A DNA stretch of 64,000 nucleotides, from positions 1 to 64,000 of IMG/VR virus record IMGVR_UViG_3300027741_000029; one strand, written 5' to 3'. Under the pieces are notes generated by a model, which was not told the DNA's origin, made no database searches, and was given only the letters and a program-made list of their open reading frames with translations. This DNA comes from a virus. The translations under genes and the position numbers were made by a program. This document shows, one piece after another, positions 37,731 through 47,762 of the stretch (its first letter is position 1; each line of letters opens with the position of its first letter).

Positions 37731-40700
37731 ATGAAAAACAACAAAGACCTGATCCTTGAAGAAATCCTAAACGAAGTAAACATGAGTCCAGCAGCCCTTC
37801 GTGCGGCGGTGGCAAAGATTCCAAATGCAAAAGCAGGTTTAGAGTTTGAACTTATCGTCACTAATCTTGACGAAGAAGATGATGAAGATTATGATCCATA
37901 TGAGGATTTTGAATCCGAACCAGATTATGACCAAGATGAGCGTGTTTCTACCGCAAGTTTTGGTGCATTGTCGCAAGATGTTATGCAGTTCTTCGCTGGC
38001 GATCACAATAGTCGTCGTGAAGTAAATCGTGCGATTGATTTAATCCGTGAAGCATGGTATGAGTATTTGGATGGACCACTATGGGACACATGGGCAGGCG
38101 ACCGCATACAAGACTTTATTGACAAGCGTTATGGTCGTGATTATAAAAACCAGCAAGAACTGTTCAGTGAAATAGACAGAATTGATCCATATGAAGCGTT
38201 TAGAAAAGAATATTTTGAAGAATGGCGTGATAATATTGAAGATGATGATAATATTGACAGTTATCTTGAACAATTTTTAGAAGATACCTATGGTAACACT
38301 GCTATGAGTGGTTTGGCAAATGATAGCAGTCTTGGTCTATCTTGGCCAAACTGGACTGAACCTGATTATGATTACCGTCCAACTCGTTCTACGGTTGATG
38401 TAGGTGATTTCCGCCGTGCAACAGGTATAAGAACTATCAAGAGCGGCTCTTATCACGGCATTGCAAAGCCAAACGATGCATATGTTATTGAACCAGATAG
38501 CAGCCTATCACCTACTCGTGGCAAAGGCGGCGAAGGTTTAGAGTTTGTATCACCACCGCTAGATATTCCAACAATGATTGACCAAATCAATAAGGTCAAG
38601 GCGTGGGCAAAAGATGGCAATGCTTATACCAATGATAAAACTGGTTTGCATATGAATATTAGTATACCAGGTTATAAGTTAGACAAACTTGATTATGTTA
38701 AACTTGCACTATTTTTAGGTGACAAGTATATTTTAGAAAAGTTTGGTCGTCTTGGCAATTCTTATGCTCGCAGTGCTTTTGACCAGATTGCTTCATTCAT
38801 TAAACAAAATCCAGGCAAGGCAGACCAAGCCGTAGATGCTATGCGTAAGAACTTGAATACGGTTGCATCCAAACTTATTCATAATGGTTATACTGATAAA
38901 TTCACCTCTATCAATACAAAAGATAACCGTGTAGAGTTTCGTTCACCAGGCGGTAATTGGATTGATATGGATACTGATGAAGTAGTGAATACGCTGCTTC
39001 GTGTTGTATATGCTATGAACATTGCTCTGCATCCAGAAATGGAACGCAAAGAATATCAAAAGAAATTTGCAAAACTACTTACTGCTGATAAAAAAGACGA
39101 AACCGATACTATCAAGTATTTTACACAGTTTGCTACTGGAAATATGCCTCGCACAGCACTTGTAAGTTATATTAAAAATGCACAAAGCAAGCGTGATTTT
39201 GCCAAGAAAGCAAAAGCACCGCAACCAAATGTTGTTGGTGGTGACGATGATGATACACCGTATGTAGATTACGATGGGATTGGTGGTATTACATTTCAGA
39301 TTATCAGTCGTATAACTGGCAACCCATGGCAATCATTTGTAGTATCTCCAAGAATGACTTACAGTGATGTATATGATATTGCCACACGCATAGTGCGAGC
39401 AAGTGGTCGTTCATTTGACCTAGTAGCGTTAAGAGATACTCGTGATCGTGATGGTCAAGCAGATGATATTCTAACACGCCAACCATTATCAATTGGCGGT
39501 GATCGAACTGTATCATCTATTCAACCTATGTATGTTATCCGCACATCAAACAATCAAATGGCGGTTACACAGTTTCGTGCGCCAGATAATGAGCAAGCAC
39601 GAGACATTGCTACTCGTTTAACAAGAGAATATGGCTATCGTGATATTGATTGGTTCTTGTCCCTTGCAAACGATGATACGAATACACCAATACCTGGTGC
39701 AGGTACACAGGCACTACAATTGCCCCAAGCAGCAGCGCAACCACCTCGCCAATATTCACAAATAGAAATTGATCGTGGTTATGATATTGCGGGCAATGCT
39801 ATTCCAGCAAATGCAACCGCCACATCTTCTAACATTACTGCTACAAATGGCACAACATATAATATTTTGGATAGTGAAAGTCGTGTTGTTCATACATTTA
39901 ACGCTGCAAGTGTAACTGGTGCTCGTCGTTATGCTGTAAGTTATGCCGAGGAACATAATTTGGCAGCACCTTGGCAATTGGCAGAAGTTCCAAATAGAGA
40001 CGAAAGCCTTGAAGAAAGTATCCTAAACGAAATCAATATGAGTCCTACATCTCTTGAAAAGTTTGCCGATACACCATTTGCCAAGAGTATGAAGGTTGGT
40101 TTTGAAACCGAAATGTATATTCCTGGGCTTGGCGGTGAAGAAGGCGAAGAGGAAGAAGAAGAGGATATGGATGCAAACGAAGAGTTTCCAAGCAGCGCAT
40201 CCTATCGTGATCGTCAGCGTGATGTTATGAACTTCTTTACTGGTGGTAGTGATATCAATACCCGCAGTGATGTTGAAAGTGCATTAGAATCGTTCTATGA
40301 AGCATTTAGTGAATACCAATATGAAACCTATGATAATGAATTTGAAGGCACTGATGATTACAATGACGCAGTTCAAGAAGAATTAGGCGATACTCCTGCG
40401 GACGAAGCAAGTGAGCGAGAACTTGATGATGCCAAAGATAATGTTCGCACCAATTGGATGGAAGAAAACGAAGAATATACTTGGGGCAGATTCATAAGTC
40501 GCAATAGCATTGATGATATGTATGACTTTATGCGTTGGGTAAATCGCAATACTCGTGAATCGCTATCTTGGCCATATTATACATTTAGCAGCAGTAGAGA
40601 AGAACCAACAACAGACATTGGCGATGTTGTAGATGATTTTAGACGCAATACTGGTTATAAGGCACGAGCAAGCGGCGGTTATCACGGAGCAACTCGTGAT

Positions 40701-42395
40701 GAAACAACTTGGATATTTGAACCAGATAGTTCGCTAGATAGTCCAAATGATGATGGCGATGGCGGTATTGAACTTGTATCACCTCCAATGAACCTAGAAG
40801 ATGCGCTGGCTGCGTTAGAGAATGTATTCAGTTGGGCAAAAAGCAATGATTATTATACTAACCGCACAACTGGTTTCCATATTGGTGTTAGTATCCCTAA
40901 CCAAACCTTAGAAAACATTGACCATCTTAAATTGATTATGTTGCTTGGCGATGAGTATGTGCTTAAAGCATTTGGTCGTGCTGGTTCTCGTTGGACAAAG
41001 AGTAGTTTTGACCAAGCAAAGCGTGAAGTGCGTGGCAGAAGTGGCAGAAAGAATGTGCCAGCAATCCTTGATAAGATGCGTGGTGGATTGGAAGATATTG
41101 CCAAAAAAGAAATCAATAAACTGTTGGTTCCTCGTGGCGACCGTTATGTTAGCGTGAATATTAAGCCAAACTATATTGAGTTCCGCAGTGCTGGTGGCAA
41201 TTACTTTGAGCAATATGAAGAAATTCGCAAGACTATGTTGCGCTATGTTCGTGTTATGGGAGCAGCCGCTGATACCGAAGATGCTCGTCAAGAATATCAA
41301 AAGAAACTGTATAAGTTTGTAAGCGGTGGCATTAGTGAAAAAGATAACACGATGCAACTGTTTGCCAAATATACTGCTGGCGCTATTGACAAAGAACAAC
41401 TTGTAAAAGAATTACGCACTGCTCAAGAGCGTCGTAAGCCTGTTGCACCACTTGGCAGTGGTCCAGTTGATGGTTTCTTGGAAAATGAAGACGGCGAGCA
41501 AGTTGTAAAAATCAAGGGAACTAACCCATATGAAATGATTGAACTTGGTGTAAAGTTTGCTAACACTCGCCAAATGCCATTGAGCGATGTCAACCTACGT
41601 TATCCTGGTTATAGTATGGTTCGTGTTCAATATTATACTACACATAACACTGAAACAGATAGTATAACACTGGTTTATATACCTGGCGTTGATTTATACA
41701 GTGCATACAGCAGTGAAATAACAAAGATGGCTGTTCCTGTTGCAGAAAAGCACTGGGGCGTAAGTAAATTACCAATAGAACGTTATGCTGTGCGAGTGTT
41801 AGATGAGTATTCACTACAATATATGCGTGATGAAATGTATTTTATTACATCTCGTGGTATAGACCGTGCACCATCACTGCCACCAACAGCACAATCAACA
41901 GATGCTGCGCCTGGCAATAATCAAACTGCTCAACGATATATTTTAAAATATACAGATAACGGCGAAGAAGTTTATAGATTTGGTGCGTCTACTCAACGAG
42001 ATGCAATAGACCGTGCCAATAGTTTCCAACGATCATATAGCAGTGTAATGCGCTGGGGCGGCACAATTGGTAATATTCGTGGTATTGCGCTATATTCAAT
42101 TGCGCCAAATACTGATGAACAAGAATTGTTCTATATGGGACCAGGCGAGGCTATTGTAAATCAACCTGCTTCTGGAACGCCAGATTGGGCAGATGATCCT
42201 AACATTGCTGTAACCAATAATACACCTAGAATTAGAAATCCTGGTGGCAGTGGCACGTATGCATTGTATAGTGGCGATGGTGAGCAGTTAACGGATGCAG
42301 CAGCATTCAATAACTATCAAAATGCGACAAGTTATTTTACAATTAATTATAGTAGTTCGTTGGGAACTGGTTGGACCGTAAGACAACTATCGTAA
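37731..42395 (+). CDS. 1554-aa protein with two amidoligase (COOH-NH2 ligase type 2-like) domains
   Basis: GLEFE/GFETE, EPDSS, E(F/L)VSPP, TGxH, EFRSxGG, each present twice. Confidence 0.85.
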   Translation: MKNNKDLILEEILNEVNMSPAALRAAVAKIPNAKAGLEFELIVTNLDEEDDEDYDPYEDFESEPDYDQDERVSTASFGALSQDVMQFFAGDHNSRREVNRAIDLIREAWYEYLDGPLWDTWAGDRIQDFIDKRYGRDYKNQQELFSEIDRIDPYEAFRKEYFEEWRDNIEDDDNIDSYLEQFLEDTYGNTAMSGLANDSSLGLSWPNWTEPDYDYRPTRSTVDVGDFRRATGIRTIKSGSYHGIAKPNDAYVIEPDSSLSPTRGKGGEGLEFVSPPLDIPTMIDQINKVKAWAKDGNAYTNDKTGLHMNISIPGYKLDKLDYVKLALFLGDKYILEKFGRLGNSYARSAFDQIASFIKQNPGKADQAVDAMRKNLNTVASKLIHNGYTDKFTSINTKDNRVEFRSPGGNWIDMDTDEVVNTLLRVVYAMNIALHPEMERKEYQKKFAKLLTADKKDETDTIKYFTQFATGNMPRTALVSYIKNAQSKRDFAKKAKAPQPNVVGGDDDDTPYVDYDGIGGITFQIISRITGNPWQSFVVSPRMTYSDVYDIATRIVRASGRSFDLVALRDTRDRDGQADDILTRQPLSIGGDRTVSSIQPMYVIRTSNNQMAVTQFRAPDNEQARDIATRLTREYGYRDIDWFLSLANDDTNTPIPGAGTQALQLPQAAAQPPRQYSQIEIDRGYDIAGNAIPANATATSSNITATNGTTYNILDSESRVVHTFNAASVTGARRYAVSYAEEHNLAAPWQLAEVPNRDESLEESILNEINMSPTSLEKFADTPFAKSMKVGFETEMYIPGLGGEEGEEEEEEDMDANEEFPSSASYRDRQRDVMNFFTGGSDINTRSDVESALESFYEAFSEYQYETYDNEFEGTDDYNDAVQEELGDTPADEASERELDDAKDNVRTNWMEENEEYTWGRFISRNSIDDMYDFMRWVNRNTRESLSWPYYTFSSSREEPTTDIGDVVDDFRRNTGYKARASGGYHGATRDETTWIFEPDSSLDSPNDDGDGGIELVSPPMNLEDALAALENVFSWAKSNDYYTNRTTGFHIGVSIPNQTLENIDHLKLIMLLGDEYVLKAFGRAGSRWTKSSFDQAKREVRGRSGRKNVPAILDKMRGGLEDIAKKEINKLLVPRGDRYVSVNIKPNYIEFRSAGGNYFEQYEEIRKTMLRYVRVMGAAADTEDARQEYQKKLYKFVSGGISEKDNTMQLFAKYTAGAIDKEQLVKELRTAQERRKPVAPLGSGPVDGFLENEDGEQVVKIKGTNPYEMIELGVKFANTRQMPLSDVNLRYPGYSMVRVQYYTTHNTETDSITLVYIPGVDLYSAYSSEITKMAVPVAEKHWGVSKLPIERYAVRVLDEYSLQYMRDEMYFITSRGIDRAPSLPPTAQSTDAAPGNNQTAQRYILKYTDNGEEVYRFGASTQRDAIDRANSFQRSYSSVMRWGGTIGNIRGIALYSIAPNTDEQELFYMGPGEAIVNQPASGTPDWADDPNIAVTNNTPRIRNPGGSGTYALYSGDGEQLTDAAAFNNYQNATSYFTINYSSSLGTGWTVRQLS

Positions 42396-42464
42396 TTAAG
42401 ACTTGACTTATCCACAGGATATGATACACTTAAATTGTGTTCAATAATAGGGATAAATATTAGT

Positions 42465-42974
42465 ATGGCGTACCAAAAGTTCAGAGTTTACCTAGATATG
42501 GATGGCGTTCTTGCTGATTTTTTTGGTGAGTGGGCAAGATTAGATGGCAAAAGCCATTATAAAGATATTGATAATCCAGAAGCAAAACTTGACCTTGTGC
42601 GCCAACATCCTACATTTTGGGTAGATTTGCCGATGCTTCCTCATGCTCGTCAACTTGTTCAGCATGTTATGAAAGAGTTCGGTGAATATTATATTTGTTC
42701 AACACCGCTTACTGGCGATAGTCGCAGTGAAAGTGGTAAACTTGCATGGGTTCAAATGCATTTGAGCAGCATGCCACCAAAGCGTGTTATCCTAACACAT
42801 AATAAAGCAGAGTTTGCTACTGCTAATGGAACACCAGGTATTCTTGTAGATGATTATGGCAAAAATGTTAACGCTTGGCAAAGTGCAGGCGGCATTGCTA
42901 TCAAGTATGAAGATCAGAATTTCGCTAAAGTTCAGCAATTGCTCTCTAGTTACGCAAAATTAGGGAGAGATTAA
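42465..42974 (+). CDS. 5'(3')-deoxyribonucleotidase, HAD superfamily
   Basis: YLDMDGVLADF, ILVDD; ATG 5 nt after TAAATA. Confidence 0.85.
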   Translation: MAYQKFRVYLDMDGVLADFFGEWARLDGKSHYKDIDNPEAKLDLVRQHPTFWVDLPMLPHARQLVQHVMKEFGEYYICSTPLTGDSRSESGKLAWVQMHLSSMPPKRVILTHNKAEFATANGTPGILVDDYGKNVNAWQSAGGIAIKYEDQNFAKVQQLLSSYAKLGRD

Positions 42975-42989
42975 TATGGGGGGACTACA

Positions 42990-43271
42990 ATGTATGACAC
43001 AATTTCAATTACTCAAGCCGCTGCATGGGATGAAGTCACCGAACTCTGGGAAGAATTCCAACAATCTACCGAATACCAAGAGCCTGTCAGTTTAAAACGA
43101 CAGGCTTTATTTTTTCTCCGCAAGAAAATGAATAGAAAAATAACACGCAGCGACCTACGTCGATTGAGTGCAAAGATAAACAAAATCAAAAACAGCAAAA
43201 ACCTTGAAGAACGCTCACGCAGTACTAAATTATATAAGGAACTGCAGCGAGTGTTTAATTGTCCGAAGTAA
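42990..43271 (+). CDS. hypothetical basic protein
   Basis: ORF with GGGA SD. Confidence 0.6.
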   Translation: MYDTISITQAAAWDEVTELWEEFQQSTEYQEPVSLKRQALFFLRKKMNRKITRSDLRRLSAKINKIKNSKNLEERSRSTKLYKELQRVFNCPK

Positions 43272-43567
43272 AAATAACCTTAATTCTTACACCAGAATCA
43301 TATGATTATGGCGCAGAAGATATTGTTTATAGAATAACTGTAAATGATCAACTAATATCTGAGCGTTCTATGCCACTGCTAGACCAAAATCAAGCAGTGG
43401 CTGATACATTTTTCTTAAACAACACATTGACAAAAAAGTATTATATATTAATTCAAAATTTAAAATTAAACAAAACAAAATATAAGGGTATTATCATTAA
43501 TGATAATAATCTTGGAACTATTAGAAATATACATACACGAGATTATATGATTAAAGTCAGTGAATAA
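43259..43567 (+). CDS. hypothetical AT-rich protein
   Basis: ORF; YRITVNDQLISE. Confidence 0.55.
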   Translation: MSEVKITLILTPESYDYGAEDIVYRITVNDQLISERSMPLLDQNQAVADTFFLNNTLTKKYYILIQNLKLNKTKYKGIIINDNNLGTIRNIHTRDYMIKVSE

Positions 43568-43589
43568 ATACTTCAAAGGACAATATGAA

Positions 43590-44495
43590 ATGGCTTATGA
43601 GTTAACAAATAGTTCCGTATATGGAAAAATATTATCTAAAAACGGAAAACCTGTCATAGAAAATTATGAAACAGCAGGCAAGTTAACAGAACGTTTTACT
43701 GGTTCACTTGTTAAAGTATTTGATGGTAGATATATGGTAAAATTACCAGAATCTGCAAATAGCATTGATGAATGTGATTGTGAGATCGTTGGACAAGAAG
43801 GCCCAAATGGTCAAATGATGCTATCATATAGCGAAGAACCTCGTGATAATGAAGTTCACATGGCACGTGCTGATCTTTATCGTACAGCAAAGTTAGCAAT
43901 CATGTTGCATGAGATGCTAAAGAATGTTGGTGAAGGACAGGGACTTGATGGATGGGTGCAGCGTAAACTAACTCGTGCTGCAGATTATATTGAAAGCGTA
44001 TTTGATTATATGGATTATGAAATGCGCTATCCAGAAGAAGGTATGATGGAAGCCGATACTCCTATTCAGGGAATGGCAGCAGCTTCACCAACACAACAAT
44101 CACAACAAACACCAGGCGGTGTTGCACCAAAGAAACCAGGTCTTACACAAACTCCTGGCATGGTAAAAATGGGCAAGATTGATACCAATGGCAATGTGCA
44201 AGGTGCTCCTATTATGGTACCAGCAGCGCAAGTTAAATCTAAACAACAAGCAGGTTTCCACGTAATTGGTGAAAGTGCAAGTGGCGGCGCAAGTTCGGCT
44301 GGCGGTATTGCTGTAGGTGCAATGAACGGTGGCATGGGCAGCAACAATGTTGGTTCGCTATTTGGTGGAACCTATAATCAGAAAAAGAAAAAACGTAAAG
44401 TAGAAGCCAAGGGCGAAACTGGTCCAAAGTTCACTGGATACTGGAAAGGCACCGACAAAGGTAAACCTGGTAAGAAGATGGTTGGCAGCAACTAA
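43590..44495 (+). CDS. modular protein with E-delimited segments
   Basis: TAAATA at 43565 and SD; HMARADLY...WVQRKLTRAADYIESVFDY module. Confidence 0.75.
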   Translation: MAYELTNSSVYGKILSKNGKPVIENYETAGKLTERFTGSLVKVFDGRYMVKLPESANSIDECDCEIVGQEGPNGQMMLSYSEEPRDNEVHMARADLYRTAKLAIMLHEMLKNVGEGQGLDGWVQRKLTRAADYIESVFDYMDYEMRYPEEGMMEADTPIQGMAAASPTQQSQQTPGGVAPKKPGLTQTPGMVKMGKIDTNGNVQGAPIMVPAAQVKSKQQAGFHVIGESASGGASSAGGIAVGAMNGGMGSNNVGSLFGGTYNQKKKKRKVEAKGETGPKFTGYWKGTDKGKPGKKMVGSN

Positions 44496-44524
44496 ATAAT
44501 ATAAACATATTTTAGGAAATATAC

Positions 44525-46336
44525 ATGAAACAAGACATTGCAGAAATGAGAAAATTATCAGGACTTCCTTTATACGAAGCAGCAGAGTTTAATCCTTTAC
44601 TAGAAAGTTGGACTACTGTTGGTCGTGCAATTAGTGAAGCAAAGTTAAGTCCTGAGCAAGTTGCTGCAATATTTGGTTCAGTTGAACAGGGCGCACGTGC
44701 AAGTGGAACAAATCGCACTGCAATTGGTAAAGGTGCGGATGCAGTAGGTTCTGCTGCTGGCGCTGCTGCTGGTGCTTATAGTAATATTTCTTCTGCAGTA
44801 AACAATGCATATCAGGGTATCGTTGCTAAAATTGGTCAACTTGGACCAGTTAAAAACTTTGATGATGCTTTTGATAGCATGGCAAGTAAACTTAAAAGTG
44901 CAACAGGCGGAGACGAAGGTATTGCCAAGTATGTATATGCTTATCGTGCATTTGCTAAAAACCATCCTGTATTACAAAATTTAATATATGGTGCTTTAGT
45001 TGCTGGCGTTGGTTTAGCAACTAGTGGTGTTGGTCCGCTTGTTGTTTTAGGTTTGTTTAAAGCTACTGATCGTTTGCTTCAGGGTGACAGATTGAGTGCA
45101 GCATTGATTAAAGCTGGTGTAACTGTAGGTAAGGCTGTAATCGGTCGTGAATTACAAGATTATTTATCAGGTAAAACACCACAAGTTCCATCTGCTGCTC
45201 AACAACAAGGTATGGGTGGTCGTGGTTTACCCGATGACTCAAGTCGAGCAATTCCAAATTATGATCAGCAACAAGGAATGTTAGGTCGAGGTATTCAACC
45301 ACCCAAAGGACCATCATTGCCTACAGGTGCAAATCCAGGCGATATTGCAACTGGTGGATTTGGTGCGGCTACGAATGCTGCAGGTTTAGATATTGGATCG
45401 GTTGTCCAAATAAGACCAGGTGATAACATATATAATATTTTAAAAAGAGCGTTTGATAATAATACACTTAATGTTGATCCGTCTAAGAATTGGCCAGAAG
45501 TATCTAAAATGATAGCACAGGCAAACCCACAAATAACAGATTTAAATAAAGTTTTTCCTGGTCAACGTTTGGGCATTCCAGATGTTTTGTTATATAGACC
45601 ATCACTAGGTAATCGTTTAGGCGATAGTATTGAAAGGCAAAATCAAAAAAATATCAGTGAATACATTGATAGAGAAGCAACCATTAACAGTTGGTTCTTA
45701 AGTGAAGGTGTTCTTGATGATGGTAGCCGCAGCGTTTGGGTATATGAAACCGCAGTTCCTGTTATCTTCCAACAAATTGAAGAAGCAGGTTTTTTCCAAG
45801 GTCTTAAGGACATTGGTAGTTCAATTGGTAAAGGTATTGGAAGTGCGGCTAGTGCAGTTGGTAATTATGTAGGCACAGCGGCAAGTAATATTGCTAACAA
45901 AACTACTGCTGATAAGCTAAACACGGCTTGGCAGAAATCCACATATAGTCAGGGTAGTGGCAGTGTTGATAGTAAAACCGTTGTGCAGTTTCTACGTCAA
46001 ATGGGTGTAGAAGATGCGATAATTAAGTCTACCTTTAAGAACATGAAAATACCATTTCCTCGTGGTCCACGCAAGCCAAAAACAGTAGCACCACAAGCAG
46101 CAGCACCACAAGCAGCACCACAAGCAGCAGCGGCTAAGCCAAAAGTGCGTGTGCCCGCTGGTAGTAAACCATCCACTCCATTTAAAGGGTTTGGAGGTGC
46201 ATTACAATCAGCGCCAGAAAGCGTAAGCAATCAAGATATCATGCGTATGATTAGCGAAGCTAAAAATCTAGCACAGCAAGCAGCAATCGCTATCAATATG
46301 AAGAAGCGTGGAAAAAAACCAAAAGGCAAAAAATAA
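44525..46336 (+). CDS. 603-aa protein with hydrophobic hairpin and LysM-like domain
   Basis: GALVAGVGLATSGVGPLVVLGLF; QIRPGDNIYNI...ANPQITDLNKVFPGQRLGIP. Confidence 0.75.
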   Translation: MKQDIAEMRKLSGLPLYEAAEFNPLLESWTTVGRAISEAKLSPEQVAAIFGSVEQGARASGTNRTAIGKGADAVGSAAGAAAGAYSNISSAVNNAYQGIVAKIGQLGPVKNFDDAFDSMASKLKSATGGDEGIAKYVYAYRAFAKNHPVLQNLIYGALVAGVGLATSGVGPLVVLGLFKATDRLLQGDRLSAALIKAGVTVGKAVIGRELQDYLSGKTPQVPSAAQQQGMGGRGLPDDSSRAIPNYDQQQGMLGRGIQPPKGPSLPTGANPGDIATGGFGAATNAAGLDIGSVVQIRPGDNIYNILKRAFDNNTLNVDPSKNWPEVSKMIAQANPQITDLNKVFPGQRLGIPDVLLYRPSLGNRLGDSIERQNQKNISEYIDREATINSWFLSEGVLDDGSRSVWVYETAVPVIFQQIEEAGFFQGLKDIGSSIGKGIGSAASAVGNYVGTAASNIANKTTADKLNTAWQKSTYSQGSGSVDSKTVVQFLRQMGVEDAIIKSTFKNMKIPFPRGPRKPKTVAPQAAAPQAAPQAAAAKPKVRVPAGSKPSTPFKGFGGALQSAPESVSNQDIMRMISEAKNLAQQAAIAINMKKRGKKPKGKK

Positions 46337-46863
46337 TGCGTATCGGTCAAATCACCAACGAAGCAGATAAGACTGATACCGTTAGTATGGATATCCCACT
46401 ATTACTTCGTATGATGGAATATGCTCGTGAAGATGCCAAGACTGATCTAGACTTGCATGATGTTGCTGAAAAGATGATTGAACTATCCAAGCATCATGAT
46501 TATCTGTGCATGGACAATTATAATGAAATCGTTGGCAGTGCTGGACATGATGACGTAGAAGAGTCCAATGCTTTCACTGATGCAAGAATGAATGCTATAA
46601 AGGCAGGTAAAAAATCATTCAATGTTGGTGGCAAAACATATCCCGTTACTGGTGATACAACGGATGAATTAGAAGCAGTTGAAGAAAGTTGCCCACACTG
46701 TGGTGGATTAATGTATGAAGCAAGTCTTATGAATGAGAAGAAAGATGCTTGCTATTATAAAGTAAAGAGCCGTTATAAAGTATGGCCAAGTGCTTATGCG
46801 AGTGGTGCGTTAGTTAAATGTCGCAAGGCAGGTGCTAAAAACTGGGGAAATAAATCCAAATGA
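46336..46863 (+). CDS. modular small protein (leader plus 3-4 E-delimited modules)
   Basis: MRIGQITNE; DIPLLLRMMEYARED; KKDACYYKVKSRYKVWPSAYASGALVKCRK. Confidence 0.8.
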   Translation: MRIGQITNEADKTDTVSMDIPLLLRMMEYAREDAKTDLDLHDVAEKMIELSKHHDYLCMDNYNEIVGSAGHDDVEESNAFTDARMNAIKAGKKSFNVGGKTYPVTGDTTDELEAVEESCPHCGGLMYEASLMNEKKDACYYKVKSRYKVWPSAYASGALVKCRKAGAKNWGNKSK

Positions 46864-47261
46864 GCGACATGGATTTAAGATATTTCATCAATAAAATGGA
46901 TGCTATTATACTTGGTGAAGAATCAAAAGATGAAACCAAAGATAGTGGTGAAGTTAAAGTTGGAAAGTACCAAACACGACATTTTGATATGTGTCCAAGT
47001 GCTACAAAGCTATATAAAAACATTAGTGATAAAAATGTTGATATGGGTATAGCAGAACGCACTGCTAAAATGCAAGATTTACTTTTTTATCTTGAAAAAT
47101 ATGCTAATGAACGTGGTAGTATTGAACCAGAATTTGCAACAATGGCAGAAGTCCTTGGCGAGCAAATTATGAATATGGCAAGCATGATGGATTTGTATGA
47201 TGAACATCATTATATTATGGATACGCATGTAAAAGCAATTAAGGATTTAGTAAAGTCATGA
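46860..47261 (+). CDS. hypothetical protein with E-terminated leader
   Basis: MSDMDLRYFINKMDAIILGEE. Confidence 0.75.
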   Translation: MSDMDLRYFINKMDAIILGEESKDETKDSGEVKVGKYQTRHFDMCPSATKLYKNISDKNVDMGIAERTAKMQDLLFYLEKYANERGSIEPEFATMAEVLGEQIMNMASMMDLYDEHHYIMDTHVKAIKDLVKS

Positions 47262-47740
47262 AAATGGAAGATGTTCTTGGCGAAGCATGTTGGGCAGGCT
47301 ATCACAAAGAAGGCATGAAAACAATGTTTGGAAAAAAATATCCAAACTGTGTCAAGAATAAAAAGAAACGTAGCGAAAGCACAGAACTTAAATGTGACCC
47401 GATTACAGAAAGTGTGCTGCTTGAACAAGTTGATTATTGTATGCACTGCGGAAATCTTGTATTACCAGAAGCCAAGGGTAATCTACACAAGTGGTTCAAA
47501 GACAAGTGGGTTAACATCGGTAAAAAAGTAGGTGGCAAACATCCACCGTGCGGCACAAGTGGCAGCAAGAGTGGTTATGCTAAATGTGTACCAGCAGCCA
47601 AAGCACGTAGTATGAGTGCATCAGAAAAACGTAGTGCAACAACTCGCAAACGCAAAGCACAAAATGCAGCAGGTCGTGGTGGTAAAGATACAGGTGGTAA
47701 TGGCAAGGCACCAATTCGTGTAAGCACCAAAGCCAAATAA
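47258..47740 (+). CDS. modular small basic protein
   Basis: MKMEDVLGE-ACWAGY...PNCVK; KWFKDKWV...PCG...KCVP. Confidence 0.8.
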   Translation: MKMEDVLGEACWAGYHKEGMKTMFGKKYPNCVKNKKKRSESTELKCDPITESVLLEQVDYCMHCGNLVLPEAKGNLHKWFKDKWVNIGKKVGGKHPPCGTSGSKSGYAKCVPAAKARSMSASEKRSATTRKRKAQNAAGRGGKDTGGNGKAPIRVSTKAK

Positions 47741-47762
47741 ATAATATATTAGGATTTATAAC

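Noticed and set aside
42408-42416. Perfect DnaA box TTATCCACA
   Set aside because: Single copy inside a promoter-like spacer; roughly one chance hit is expected in a window of this size and composition.
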